A stretch of DNA of 64,000 nt from Vicugna vicugna (lineage: Eukaryota), in NCBI GenBank assembly GCA_013265495.1, contig MU057801.1, positions 1,915,879-1,979,878 on the forward strand, given 5' to 3'. Positions within the stretch are counted from its first letter, which is position 1, and each line of letters opens with the position of its first letter. The translations under genes were made by a program, and so were the position numbers. Shown here piece after piece: positions 11,911 through 25,680 of this stretch. The notes under the pieces were generated by a model. That model saw only the letters and a list, made by a program, of their open reading frames with translations. It searched no databases and was not told the DNA's origin.

Positions 11911-14814
11911 TAAACATGATTCTCTGATAAATCAGAAACCTACAAGCACATCTTCTACGACACAGTTTGAATGTAGCCCTTTAAAACACATGTTTTCACA
12001 ATGTAGTCATGTTTTAAATACCGTAGATAAAACTAAAAACCAGATAATTGGGGAAATTTGAAAAAAAAAAGGGATTTACTTCCTCCTTAAAAGAAAAGAA
12101 AAAGAAAAGCTACAGAGTTGATTATAGAAAAAACAAAGCATAATGGAAGTCGGGAACCCACTGTGTCCTCCATGCGGGGACCAGCGGGGCCAGAGGCTGC
12201 GAGGAGCACGGAGCTGGCGGACGCTCTCCTGCGTCTTCCGGAGGGCGGCTTCATCCGGCCCTGCCTGTCAGCCGCTGTCCTGAACAGGAAGCTTTCAAAG
12301 CGCCTTAAGCATCCACATTAAGTCCCCGGTCTGTCTTCTGTAGCTGTAAGGTCCCTTCTGTCTAAGAACGAACTTCTAAAGAGCCTCGGAGCTCTCCGAG
12401 ATGCCGGGCTAAGTTCAAGTTCCTTCCGTGTCCAGTTCACAGCCGATCCTGGAATGGTTCCTTTGGCCTTGGGCGGTAAGACCCACCTCCCTCATTTTTT
12501 GGAACTGGAAGGGACAGGGACTGAGAAACAGCCTTGAACACTGAGAAGCCCCTGGGAGTTAGTGCTGAAGGTGTGGTCTGCTATTGAAGCTCTGGATCAT
12601 TCTTAACCATCCTGCGATCCAGCTGTGGCCTGGAGGCGTGCAGTGTGGAAGGCCGCCCCCACCCCTGGGGCCCAGGGCAGGGGCTCGGGTGATGCTCGCC
12701 ACCCCACCCCGACTCCTCCCAGAGAGCACTTCTCACAGGTAATTCTCTGACCCCGGACTGCCTGTGTCCTGTGAACAGTGTGCGTTGAGTTTACTGCTGT
12801 GGTGACACAGTCGATTTGTTAACATGTAAGACAAATTCTGAAAGGCCAGCAGATGTACGTTTGTTGCTTCCACGTGCCTTTGCAGAGATTGACCATAAAT
12901 AAGATATTCTGGGTCCAAAAAAGAAAAACTTCACGTGGACATGGCCAACCACGTGGCCCGAGGTGGGCCCCATCCCCGTCGTAGCTCACGCCAGCTCAGT
13001 CCTTCTCTGACCCTACGCTGAAGACTGTGGCCTTGACCACGACTCCCATCGTTCCGGTTTCCTGAGGAACAGTGACAGAGGTTTCACGAGCCATCAGCTT
13101 CCTAGTGCGCACCAGGTGCCCCTCCTCGGGAGGACCGCAGCATCCTCGGCGCTGAGCAGCCCACGCGAGGACCCCCGCCTCCAGCCTTGACCGCCGGCCC
13201 TGCTGCTCAGGGGGCTCAGGGGCCAGGAGAAGTGGAGATCCGACCAGGAGGCCACGTCCCAGTCCGCACAGGTCTTTCAGCTAAGCTGGGGTCGCTCCAT
13301 CTCAGCCCGGGGTGAGATTCCAGACCGGTAAACAAGGAAGATGGAACAGGAAGGTGATGCTTCGATTCCTTGCACTGGGCCCGAGGGCCGGCAGCGGCCA
13401 GGCTGCGCTGGGGCCGACGAAGTGGAACGCCGTCTAGCGACAGAGAGCAGGTTTTAAAAATAACCGTGGGCGAGGGTCTGGCAGCGGACGCACGGCCCCC
13501 GTGTACGGCTCAGGTCGGCGTCCTCCTGCCTCTGACTGGAAGGCAGCTTCCTCTCACCCGCCTCCCCCCTTGGCCCAGAAGGCGTCTGCCATGCAGGACG
13601 CGGTGGCTGCGGTCAGCGTGGTGAGTCAGGGACATATGGTGCCCCGAGCTCTCTGTTTACTCTTGTCCCTGGGAGATTGTCAGCCGGAGGCACAGGACCA
13701 GCCTGGACACCATCTGCCGGCCCCAGCGCAGGCCGCAGGGAGCAGGTCGGCCCTGCATACCGTGATAGCCGGGTGAAGGCCGGGGGCCGGGGCCCGGGGG
13801 CTTGTGAGGCTCCCCCGTCAGACGGTCCCGTCTCCCTGGGCCAGGGGAGCCCTGCGTGCTGGGGAGGGAGGCCAGGCCCTGGGCGGTGCGGTTCTGCTTT
13901 GTCCCAGGCTCCTTGAGGCCCGCTTCCCTGCCCCCACGACGCCAGGTGGCTGGCGGCATGCCTCGCCCGGCCGGCCCGCGGCCTCGGAGCTGTCTGAGGG
14001 CTGCAGGTGCTCCGCGTTTAGAGCGGGCGCCGTCAGTGGAGATTCTAGACTTTGGCCCCCGCGTCTGCTTGCTTTTCGGCTCCAGTCTTGAGGTCCTGAG
14101 TAACTTCGTCAGCCTCCCTAAGCCTCCCTTCCTTTGTCTGTCGGGTGACAACCCTCAGTGGGCTGTCTCCTGGGTGGACTCACCCGCGATAACCTGCGTG
14201 AAGCCCGAGGGTTAGGAGGAGCGCAGTGAAAGCAGGTCCCCTCCCCCTCCCCTGAACTCCTCGTTTCTTCCCTCTTTGCCCCTGGAGTCCTTGGTGAGCA
14301 GAAACTGTTAGGTTACTTACCTGTAATCCCCACGATGACATCAGATTCTCATCAAAATAATGTTGCTGTCCCATTGGCATGTCTGGGCCACAGCAGAAAA
14401 TGATGTGTTGAGAACAAAGTTGAGGCTGTTGGCTGAAGGAAAGAGGCTGGCAAGTCAGCATGCAGGAGGCAGAGACAGGCCCCAGGGAGCCTTCCCCGTG
14501 AGGAGTAAAACTGCCCCTGGCCCCCCGGTTAGCACTGGGCTGCGGGGAGCCTTCAAGACGCATGCCCCAGACCCCGGCGTTCCCGGTTCACTTCCTGAGG
14601 GGAGGTCCTTTATTCCGTCAGAACTGACCGCACTTCCTAGCCTGCCAGCCCCTGGAGGAGGCCGACGCAGCTGTGGGTTCCACAACTGACCCCCTTGGGG
14701 GTTTTGCATCATTTAACTGAGGACAGTGTGTTAAGTTACAAGTCATGAAGTTCCAAATGACGGAGCTGCCTTCACTGGACTCCTACTGGCCGGGCGGGTT
14801 TTGTTACAGGATTC

Positions 14815-15330
14815 TTTTGTTGTTGTTTTTGAAGTGCAGTCAGTTACAATGTGTCAGTTTCTGGGGTGCAGCGCCATGTCCAGGTCATGCAAAAACATAC
14901 ACGTACTCGTTTTCATATTCTTTTTCATTAAAGGTTATTACAAGATGTTGAATATAGTTCCCTGTGCTGTACAGGAGAAATTTGTTATCTACTTTTATAT
15001 GTAGTGGTTAACCTTTGCAAATCTCAAACTCCCAAATTTACCCCTTCCCACCCCCTTTCCCCAGTAACCACAAGATTGTTTACTGTGTCTGCGAGTCTGT
15101 TTTGTAGATGAGCTCATTAGTGTCCTCTTTTTCCTTTCTTTCCTTCTTTTTTTTTTTTTTAGATTCCACATATGAGTGATATCATACAGTATTTTTCTTT
15201 CTCTTTCTGGCTGACTTCACTTAGAATGATGATCTCCAGGTCCATCCATGTTGTTGTAAGTGGCATTATTTTATTCATTTTTATCGCTGAGTAGTATTCC
15301 ATTGTGTACATATACCACATCTTCTTTATA
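14815..15330 (-). mobile_element. L1 3' end (lineage-specific family), antisense
   Basis: TTGAAGTGCAGTCAGTTACAATGTGTCAGTTTCTGG...AGATTCCACATATGAGTGATATCATACAGTATTT...TAGTATTCCATTGTGTACATATACCACATCTTCTTTAT. Confidence 0.9.
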
Positions 15331-16794
15331 AGATTTGTTTTTGTTTCTGAGAAGAGGATGTTGCCTTAAAGAAAAAAAAATCTCATCTCAGAATAAGCGT
15401 CCCATTGGCAGCCACTCCTGCTGGTTCGTTCAAGCTCCCGGGTGCTGCCCTCAGCCCAGAACTTCCCCAGGGCCTGTTACAGCATAGCGACAACATCTGG
15501 CCAGCTTCCGAGAAATCGATGGGGGCTGGGAGGGTGGACTTTGTCCGCCCGTGGTGTTCCAATGAATATTTTCAGGCTTAAGGAACTGACTGTCCAAAAA
15601 TCAAACTCATTGATTTTTCCAAAGGGCAAGGACGAACAGACGGCCCCGCTGAGGAAGGGCTCCCCCATGGTTCCCCGGAACTCACTCTTTATCTTTTACG
15701 TCGAACAGACGCTCTTCTGGAGACGGAAGGGAAAAAACAAAACAAGACAAAAGTAAGGTTGGCTACTGTGGAGCATGCAGAGGGCATTTTTCTGTCTGCA
15801 GACAAAGATGAGCAGTTCTAGAAAGCTGCCCCCAAGCCTCACACCGTCTCCTCCAGCTCCCAGGCCCACTGGACCTGCGGGCTGACATCTGGGCTGTGTC
15901 CCCACGCCGGCAGAGGACCGCTGTGACCAGGACAGCTCTGTTCGTGCAAGATGAGCATGGTTCCAGGGTCCAAAGAGCACAAGGCAGGAGGGGCCCAACT
16001 CTGCCGGCCTGGCTTCCCCTGTGCCTGCGAGGTGGGACCCGCGGTGGGTGGAAGACAATCGCCTTTGCGGCCGGTTTGGGCTCCAGCCCCGGGGGGATCA
16101 CTTCTAGGATGAGCTGGTCTCTGCCACGATGGTCACAGCTCTCGGTCTTTCCCAGGCTCAGCTTCTTCATCCATGAAGTGGGGCCCTGAGCGTGTGCTGG
16201 GTGCGCAGGCAGCCTGTGAGATCGGGTGAGGGGCCCTCCCGCCTCAGATCGCCGGGCACTTTGCACATCAGAGGAGGCCCCAGTTCCCACCGCGGTGCCT
16301 TCTTGAGCATTGAAGTCTGTTCCCAAGGTGGGAAATGGACCCAGGAGCATCGAGGCTGCTCAGGAGAAGCCACGGTCCCTGGTGACGATTCGCACCCCAG
16401 CCGTGGGCAGGGACTTTTTCCTTGCTGGTCTCAGGCGGGGACGTGGAGAGGCTGATGTTGGTGGTTACTTTTCCAGAGCGAGCCTCTTGCATCCAGAACC
16501 ATCCAGATTCTTCCCTCGAGAGAGACAGCCCAGAACACGAGCACAATTACTTTGGGGGGGGGGTCGAACTGTTCTCTAAATTAGCCCCCTGTCTCACAGA
16601 CAGAGATAAATTGTGCCTTTAGAAAAGGGGGGGATTCAGTGGAGGTTTGAAGCCCCTCCACGGCTCTGGGTTGTCCTCGTGTTGGCGTTGCTGGTGGCCG
16701 GACTGCGCGTGCCCCTGCGCTCGCGTCCTGAAAACATCCAAATCACCGACAAGCAGAATCAGGGAGCCGAAAGGCCGTAGAAAACCCATCATTA

Positions 16795-17023
16795 ACAAGC
16801 TTGGGAGTTTGAGGTTTACAGATGTTGGCCACTGCATATACAAATGGATTTTTTCTAAGTTTCTTCTGTACAGCACAGAGAACTATATTCAATATCTTGT
16901 AACAACCTTTAACGAAAAAATATGGAAATGAATATACGTATGTATGTGCATGACCGCGACATGATGCTGTGCACCAGAAACTGACACATTGTAACTGACT
17001 GTACTTCAATTAAAAAAAAAAAA
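16795..17023 (+). mobile_element. Short L1 3' end with poly(A), same family as 14815-15330
   Basis: TACAGCACAGAGAACTATATTCAATATCTTGTAACAACC...ACATTGTAACTGACTGTACTTCAATT followed by a poly(A) run. Confidence 0.9.
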
Positions 17024-17029
17024 GCGAAT

Positions 17030-17355
17030 AAGCACCAAGAACACCTGGCGGCACCTGCCTTGGCTGTATCTTGAGGATGTTGAGGCGCCAGTAAGAAAAT
17101 AGGCCTGAAGGCATCTTGAAAAATGGTAAAGGCTCTAAAACATGATGGCAGTAAGGTGCCCGGGCTGCCGTGTCCAGGGGCAGCAGCTGGGAGATGGCAC
17201 ACGTTTCCCTGTCCACTGGGTAATCGCTGCTCCGCACCTTCAGAGACGTACGTTTGTGCTCAGAGGTCACTCTGAATCGGTCTACAGGTGCCTGTTACAA
17301 AGTGTGTCCAACTTTTCTGTACGTTTGAGATTTTTCATAATAAAATGTTGGGAAT
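17030..17355 (+). mobile_element. Old L1ME-type 3' end
   Basis: Ends CAACTTTTCTGTACGTTTGAGATTTTTCATAATAAAATGTTGGGAA, the typical L1ME terminus. Confidence 0.6.
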
Positions 17356-18789
17356 ATATATATATATTTTAAAAATCTCCCTTGCCAGGACCCTGCAGCC
17401 TCACCCATCTCTAGCGGCAATGAATTAATTTGGAGTCTCCATTTTGAACAACAAGAAAAATAAAAATGACCACATTATCCAAATGCAGAATAAAACCAAC
17501 CGAGGCGTGAGCTCTGGCACAGTGAGCCGAGCTACAGTGCAGGCGTCCTCATTGCGGCCTCACCGGTAACAGCACAGCTTTCTCCGGAAAGGAGAGGGCC
17601 GTCTGAGCACGTCATGGCGCACTGCTCGCAGGGCGTGGCCTGCAGTCATTGCAACGTGTGACAAGAGGACACACCCCAATCTGCCTGTGATGTTGCTCCG
17701 GAAGACAAGCAGCAGAGGCCCCTTTTTATGCACTTACTGCGACGGAGGTAAATAAAAGAGAAAACAGAAGATGGGGAGACCGAGAGGCTGGGTTACAGGG
17801 GGACTCCCCTTCCCTTTGTGTTCAGTTTTCCTTTGATGTGGTTACACTGCATTTATGGTAAAAGAAATTATTTTTTATTTGGTGTAATTCTTTGCAAGGG
17901 AAAAAAGTAAATGGAGGTTTTTATCCACCAGGCCCTCTGCCTGGCACAGCTGGTGGGAGCGAGTGTGCTTAGAAGCTCCGGTGGGACTGCCAGGCACATT
18001 GTTCCTCGGCGGCTGCCGCGTGACTTTGGCCACAATGGTGGCCGGGTTAAGGAGCGCCTGCTGGGAGCCCGACCCAGACCTGGTCCAAGTCCATTGTTGC
18101 TCCGAGTACTTCTGCGAGGAGCCAGGTCGCCAGGCTTTGAAGTTGATGTGGGAGAGCGCAGGCCTGGGGCTGGGCTGGGGGTGGGGGGAGGCTCCCGAAT
18201 GATGCTGGAGATCCCGACGGCCCCCCAGAGGGATTGGGGGGAGCTGGGACCCCCAGCTGAAGGCCGGGACATTCCCAACAAGGAGACTGGGCACAGGCGG
18301 GGAGTTTATTTCAGAAATTCGGCCAGTGATCAGCCGGCCTTTGGGGAAGCTGCCCTCTCACAAAACTGCTTCTCACACAAGAGCCGTGATCACCCTTTGT
18401 TCTCAGGCAGCGAGAGTCAGGGTCACATCTCAGAAGATCACATCTAACGCTCCTGATTGCACTTGGTCAGGGCTGCAGGCCTGAACGTCACCTCTGCCCT
18501 GCTCCCCGGATCCCGGCGGCCCCAGTCTCAGCTCCAGCCCCCGCTGCCCTGGGGAGGTCATAGGAGCCCCTCGTGCTTTGGAGAACCTTAGGTTCTTCCC
18601 AGGACCCTCGGCTCGATGCGTCGGCAGCGATACGTTTTGGAGGCCTTCTATGCATAAGGAGGTAGATGCAAGTAGGCTACAGGCTGACTGTCAGGGTGCT
18701 CGCAGGCGTCAGTCGAGCTGTGATAGTGACTAACAACAGCCCCTGGCCACGCCCCCTTCTCAGGGCTTCTTTCCTGGGCGAGGACGGTT

Positions 18790-18890
18790 AAGCCCCACCA
18801 CCGCTCTATGACATGCGCACGGTTTTATAGGCATCTTATGGAAAAGGAAACTGAGGCACAGAGAAGTAAGCCAAGGCCGTGTGGCTTCAG
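18790..18890 (-). mobile_element. MIR fragment
   Basis: GGAAACTGAGGCACAGAGAAGTAAG core. Confidence 0.6.
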
Positions 18891-19134
18891 GGCATGGGGT
18901 CCTTTTGGCTCCCCTGCTCCCCTCCCCCGTGCAGTGACAGCTGTCACCAGTGTTGGGTGGGGACGGCGGCAGGGGGCCAGGGAAACTTTCCAAATGTTTT
19001 GGAAGTCTGCTACTCCGGTGTGGGCTTCTCAGCACCGCCGCAGAATAAAATTCTTCATTTATTTATTTCAAAATCTCAGAATGACATTAAATAAAAATGT
19101 TTTTTTCATTCTAGAAACAGTAACCTACTGGGTA

Positions 19135-19286
19135 ACAGAAGGAACTACATTCAATCCCTTGTAATGGTGTATAATGAAAAAGAATATGAAAAGACAGACA
19201 TGTGCATACCTGAATCACTCTGCTGTGCCCCGGAAATTAACGCAGCATTGGAAATTGACTACACTTCTATCTTAAAAAAAAAAAAC
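19135..19286 (+). mobile_element. Short L1 3' end with poly(A)
   Basis: GGAACTACATTCAATCCCTTGTAATGGTGTATAATGAAAAAGAATATG...ATTGACTACACTTCTATCTT followed by a poly(A) run. Confidence 0.85.
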
Positions 19287-22084
19287 AGTATAAAGAAACT
19301 ACGAGGAATATTTCTTACTGAAAGCAGAACCAGAACGTCTTCCTGTAACCTCAGTGCCCTAGCCGCATCACAGGGTGCTTCCCCTATGTCTTTAACACTT
19401 TGTAACACTGTAACCTGCATTCACAGTAAGACAGCTTGTAACAGTTTGCCCGCCCTGTTCGTATCACTTAAACTGAGGGCAAGCACCAGGCGGCTGTGTT
19501 ACATTTACATTCATCACTTTCGTGTGCACCTGCTGGTGGGCAGTCAGCCGCTGACTTGACCACTATCTTATTTTCGAGAACATTCTTTATGACAAGTGAA
19601 CCTGTGGTAGGCATCCCTAGGTCTGAAGCACGTTTCATATGTTGTTTCCCCAGCCTGGTCCTCTGGGGTGAATTTACAGAATCAGAAGGGAGGGACATTA
19701 GAGACATCCTGGACGTGTGCTGCATGGTGTCTCCGACACCGTCCCCAGGGCTGGAGGCTTTACTTGTCAGCATTTGACCCCTTGCCCAGCAGAATTCTGA
19801 GAATGAGTTGAGGTCACAGTGGACAGGGATACAGGAGAGTCTGAGCTGAAGGAAGGGAGACTTTATACAGAGTCCACGGGGCCCTGGGAGATGGGCAGAC
19901 AGGCAGGCAGACGGCTGGGAGAGGAAGCAGGGCGGGCGGAGCTGAGTGGAAGGACTTCTCACTCAGTGTTGAAGAGCATGGACCTGGCCACAGAGACAGC
20001 AAGGAAGCCCGCCAAGGTGCTCCAGAGCCTGTGGGGCGAGACTTGAACGTCTGAAGGGCCCTGTCGGGGGAAGCAGAGGGGGGAAGGGTGGACCGGGGGG
20101 TGGTGATGAGAAGGCAGCAGTCACGGGAGGCAGACTGAGGAGCAGGCGAGTGGCCTCAGGAGGAAGAAGGCAGCTGTGACGGGGATGGATGGAGATGGTC
20201 TGGCTGTGGGAGGAAGACTTGGATGCACCTGAAGGGGAGGGCGGAGTTTAGACGCCTCCCAGTTTCCAGGATGCACCGTCACCCAGCTTAAGAAGGTCAC
20301 ATGAAAGACAAGGAAGGCTTGAAGAAGGGTATGGAAGGGCCGAGCCTGAACCTGAGGCTCTGACAGAGTCCAGGGCGGGAGGTCGGAGATTTGTGTTTCA
20401 GGATCTGAGCCCAGGGAGGGGCGGGGGGGGGGCTTGAACACCCCGCTGCTCGGGGGGAGTTAAGGCTCTGTGAGTGGGGCGCCCACCCAGCAAGAGGGGC
20501 TGAAGTGGGCGAAAGGGAGAGCACAGACAGAGAGGCCGGCACCCAGGGACAAGACAGGTGGCCAGGACCCAGGATTGAGGGGACAGGGTGAGGCGCAGTG
20601 TGAAAGGTGGGAAGGGAAAGTGGCCTGGTGGAGGAGCAGCGGGAAGTTAGCAAAGAGAGGAGGGAGGGAGGGAGGGGTGAACACCCAGACACTGCAGACA
20701 CCACCCCAAGGACAAACGCCAGTTAATGGTGGTTTCCTGACCCTCTGATTCTGTTCCCTCGTCTGTGAAATGGAAAACGTCATTCTGTCATTACAAAGTT
20801 TTTTGCAAGATAAAGTCGAAAAAATACAAGTGTGAAAATTGTCTGTAAGCCAGCATTCCCCCAAGCGTATTTTGTGGAATGTTCCTTGGATGTGGGTCGT
20901 GAGCCGGATGAGGACTGGGACACACGGTGGGAAGCGCTGGGCAGGGCTCCTTGCTGAGACGCCTCTGGCCGTCGGGGGCTCACATGCACAGTGAGTCACC
21001 ACGAGAGGGACATGGCCTTGCCCAGACATTGCGGGCATGGGCCCTTCGCACGAGCGCTTCGAGGGAGCAGCGCCTGCAAACCCCTTTGGGAAAGTCAGTG
21101 CGTCGGGCACAGTGACACCCACGGAACCGAGCTGGGGGGACACGGTGTGACAATCTGTGCGAGTCCCCGGCAGAACTGGGGTCAGCGAGCATTCATTCCT
21201 CCTCCACGTCAGATAATGAAAGGAGGGGAATCCTTGTAGAAAGCCGAGGCTAAGATGCATGAAGGAAATCTCAGGAAGCCGTCAGAGACCCTCCGTCCTG
21301 CAACCTCTTCCGAGAAACAGCCAGGATGCGGGTTCAAGAGGCAGGTTCACGGCTTCCTTAGCTGGAGGCTGGGTTTCAGCAAGATGCTGGCCTGGACGGG
21401 GTCTCATCTGGCAACGGCTCGCTTCCATGCTCACAGGGCGATGGCAGGACTCGGATCCCCGAGGGCGCAGCTCCCCGCGGGCCATCGACGGGCCGCCCTC
21501 GCTCATCTGCACATGGGCCTCCCCACCACGGCCGGCAGCTTGCCCGTCAAAACGGCAAGACAGGCAGCCTGCGGGTGAGCCGGGGTCACCACCTCGTGCA
21601 ACGTAATCACGGGGGGGACCCTGGGCTCCTGTTCTGTTTGTCAGAAGCGAGTGACTCAGGGGCAGGAGGTGACACGAGGCCGTGAATCCAGGAGGTGGGG
21701 CCGCCGGGGGCACCTTAGAGGCTGCGCGTCACGCGGTGCGTGTTTCCATTGTTCCTGCTGTTTGCATTTACAGTGCTCCTGTGCGGAGCTTGGTCACTCT
21801 TGCTCTTTGAAAAAATTCCTGTTAGAATTTTTCAGCCAGCAGTGCAGGGAGCTGAAACATTTAGGAAACGTGCCGGCAGGAGGGAGGGAGGGAGACAGAC
21901 AGACAGACAGGACACAAGGTTCGCCAGGGACCGGCTGTCGCGCGTGACGCCGTGACACCAGCTCAGACCAGGAAGGGTCCAGAGAACCACAGCCCACGTT
22001 TCTCACTCCCGGGGACCAAAGGCCTTGGGACTACGCCTCCAGCCAGCCCTTTGTTTGGAAAGCAGAACTAGGGCCAGTTCATGG

Positions 22085-22285
22085 TTTTTAGGATCTTGCA
22101 CATAGGAGCTCACTCAATCCTCAGAACAGCCTTGTGAATTAGGTGTTACTGTCCCCACTTACAGATGAGGAAAATGAGGCACAGAAAGGTCACAGGACGG
22201 GGCCGATCATCCTGTCGGAAGTGAGTGGTAACCTGGGCGTCCCAGCCGTCTGGGAGACCCCGCACCTCCGTCTTAGCCGTCACAG
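22085..22285 (-). mobile_element. MIR SINE
   Basis: CTCACTCAATCCTCAGAACAGCCTTGTGAATTAGGTGTTACTGTCCCCACTTACAGATGAGGAAAATGAGGCACAGAAAGGT. Confidence 0.8.
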
Positions 22286-24629
22286 CGTGTGACCTTGTAA
22301 GAGTCAGGGCGGGTGGCCTCTCGTCACTAACACTCGGAGGCAGATCTGGGGGAGAGCCAGGCCCTAATCCGTAGGCACCGCAGTGGCCCCTTCACCGATG
22401 GAGGGACTGCGTGCGTGCAGCCCTGGGCTGGGAGCCTGACCATGCGAGGGCCTGGGTCTGAGACTGGACAGGCCAGGGCCACGCCACGCCAGCCTGGGGG
22501 ACGTCACGAGAGGACACGTCACCGTGGGGTCCCTGGTAAACCCTGGGGACCCCCGTGCCTTCTCCTCCCTTCCAGAGGGAGTCGCTTACCTCCCAGGAGA
22601 AAAGGAAGACGTCCAGCGTTCTCCCCGCTGGGTCAAGAGTGGACATTCTAAGGATGTCACAGCGCTAACAGGTGAGTCAGGAGGAGACAGCGTTCAGTGC
22701 ATCACGTGCCTGAGGAAAGAGCTTGGTAGCAGGGCTGAGAACTCGGGGTCCCTGCCCCCGTCCCCAGCTCCTAGAAACAGCCTGAGAAGAGGAGAACACC
22801 AGGACTTCTGCTACTGCCCTCCGCCTTCGGGGCTAACTGACCGCTGGGCCAAGTCAGCTTGGCCAGGAACAAAGACCGTGGGGGCTGGGGGGGGGTGACG
22901 GTAAAGAACAAAGCCCTTCCCGGCGGCCGGAGGTCACACTCCAGGCCTGATGCTTGGGAAGCTGGGCAGATTGTGTGCAGCCTGCAGAGCTGGAATCCGC
23001 TTCCCAAGGGGAGGCGGGGGTGCCGCTGTGCCGGCACGGAAGGGTTCCCCATGGCACCCTCTGAGGCCTGCACACCAAGCACGCACCGCATGCACCGCAC
23101 ACATTGTCCGCCCCCCACGCTGCGTCTGAGACGCGTTCCCTCGACCAGCCCGCACACCGCTCTGACACCGGAGAGTGGTCCCACACGCCCGGCAACCGAA
23201 TCGAGGGACGCGATCCAACGGACAGCTCTCCTCCCGGGCAGATGAGAACCCACGGCTCTGAAGAGCAGTTTTTGGAGCTGAGAAGCCTGGGGGTCTGGGC
23301 TTCTTTCCAAGTTCCCCATTTCCTGGCTGTGTGGCCCCAGACTAGACGCTTGCCCTCTCTGGGCTTCAGCATTGGCCTGTGAGGGTCGGGATCATCAGAC
23401 CAACACGCTGGTTGAGTTGAGCACAGAGTCACATAAGGTATAAAACATGCCTTGTTGTCCACCCTTCACTCCAGAAGCGTCTCTGCCAGGGCTCAGAGGC
23501 GCTCCTGTCTCCCCAGCTAGACGTGGGGGTTCAGGGTCCCTGAGTTCCCTCTTCCACTTCCTTCCCAGCTCACTCAGGACTCCTGGGGGTAACTGCTCTC
23601 ATGGCCCAGCCTCTCGGGGTGCCAGCTACTCACCCCACAAGGCAGAGCCTGAGGACTGGACCAGCGCTGTGTCCGCCACCCTGTGTCTTGGGCCTCAAAT
23701 CCAGACTCAGGTGGGAAATGTCCTGGAGCACAGAGTCACGCCTAGTTCCTCAGACGAGGACCCCGTCCTAAGCCAGCGGCGGCACCTCTTATTAAAGGCC
23801 CACGATAGCCCCGGCGCTGGAGGAAGTCAGGAGATTCAACGCTTAAACTTCAAGAAACGCACCGTCCGGTGAGGGGTCGCGTCTCCCACGTAACCGCGTG
23901 CACGCGGCAGGGAGTGACTGCTCTTCCCGGAGGCCGTTCGCCCGGGCTGCGACGGCATCGCCCAAGACGGGGTGATGTGGTTTCCTCACTTACTTTGAGA
24001 CACAGTTCAGTTCATGCTCGTGATTGACAGCATGTTCTCTCTCATTTTGAGCCCATGTCTCCCCCTCCCACCTCCACCTCTTGGATTTGGAAGTCAGCCC
24101 AAGTCAAACTGAGAGCGGACCCCATCCTCGCCAGCTGTGTGTGCCCCCGAGCGCCCTTCCGCCCCTCTGAGCCCCCGCTCGCTCACTGTGCAGGGAGCGG
24201 GCTTCTCATCCGGACGCGCTGCGCCCCGCAAGCCGCTGGGCTCACCCCGCATGGCAGCCCTTTCTCGGGCAGAGACCTGCATCCTTTCCTCTCCGGCTGA
24301 GCGTCGGCTCCACGCTCCTCCTGCCCCGGCTCCGCGCTCCGGCGACGCCCACGGCTTCCTGCTCTGTCGTCCGGGGCCTCTCCTCAGCCCTGCTCTGCGC
24401 CTTGAGAAACGGTCCAGGGCTCCCCCCATCCCCGAGTTCTGCAGACCTCCTCCCTCCTGAGGACCGTTCTCGGTCCTCTTCCATCCCCAGGGGCTGCTCC
24501 CGGCCCTGCGCTCAGCCCTCGCTCTTCTAGTGAGAAGGGCGGCCGGGCAGGCTGTGGACTGCTGGCCCTGTCGGCTCTGGGCGCTCTGGGTGCAGGTCCC
24601 CCCTCATTCCCAAATAAGCCACAAGCACT

Positions 24630-24705
24630 TCGACCCTTGTTTTATAGATGAGGAAACTGAGTGGGGCTCAGAGTGGCTAAGTCACCTGTCTGAGGTGGGT
24701 CAGCA
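24630..24705 (-). mobile_element. MIR core fragment
   Basis: TTTTATAGATGAGGAAACTGAG...CTCAGAGTGGCTAAGTCACCTGTCTGAGGT. Confidence 0.65.
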
Positions 24706-25087
24706 GAAAAGGAGGCGTGTTCACAGAGGCTGTCTGGTGTCTCCCAACCGGCCTGTCTCGGGTGATTCTGTCCCCACTGAAGGTCCGGTTGGCCTATTTG
24801 TTGACATCTGCCCGCCAGCATCTCCAGGGAAAAGCCTTCCTCCAAGCTCTGGATCTAAACCTGAGCTGCCCGCAGGCTGTCTCCCCTCCGGGACACACAG
24901 CCCCTCGGGATGAACGTGAACCTACTTGCTTCCCTCCAGACCTGTTCCATCCCGCGTCTCCCACGTGGCCCGGGTCAGACCCCTGAAGCCCCGCCCCCTG
25001 CCCCCCAGTCACCTCTCACAGCCAGCCCAGCCTCCGTGTTGCCTCCTGACCGCTCCCGGCACCTGCCCTCTCCTCTTCCTCCCTAAA

Positions 25088-25680
25088 ATTTAATTTTTTA
25101 TTGAAATGTAGTTGATTTACCATGTTAGTTTCAGGTGTAGAGCAAAGTGGTCCAGCTATACACATACATACACATACATTTTCATATTCTTTTCCATTAC
25201 AGCTAATTTCAAGAAATGGAATACAGCTCCCTGTGTATGCGATACAGTCGGACTGGCTGCTTCTCTAGCTTACATCTAGTAGTGTGTGTCTGCTAATCCC
25301 AGACTCCTAGTTCATCCCTCCCCCCTTCCCCTTTGGTGACCTCAGTTTGTTTTCTGTGTGTGAATCTATTTCTGGTTTGTAAGTAAAATCTATATCTTTT
25401 TTCAGAGTCCACATATAAGTGATAACATACGCTATTCGTCTTTGTCTGACCTGCTTCACTTGATATGATCATCTCTACTCCTTTTTTTAATTGAACTATA
25501 GTCCATTTACGTGGCTGTGTTAACTTCCGGCGAAGGGCATAGCGACTCAGGTGCATACACATTTATGTATATGTAGTTCGTAGTCTTCCTCGTTACAGGC
25601 TATCACAAGGTGTGGAGTGGTGTCCCCGTGCCGCCCAGCAGGACAAGTTGTTTGTCTGTTTTATGCGCACCTTTTCCTCA
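25088..25680 (-). mobile_element. Two adjacent antisense L1 3'-end fragments (~25088-25480 and ~25482-25680)
   Basis: Each begins with a T-run followed by ATTGAAATGTAGTTGATTTAC or ATTGAACTATAGTCCATTTAC. The first contains TCCACATATAAGTGATAACATAC. Confidence 0.8.

Noticed and set aside
14312..14330. Perfect minus-strand splice donor CAG|GTAAGT
   Set aside because: No paired acceptor or coding frame found; such 9-mers arise by chance.
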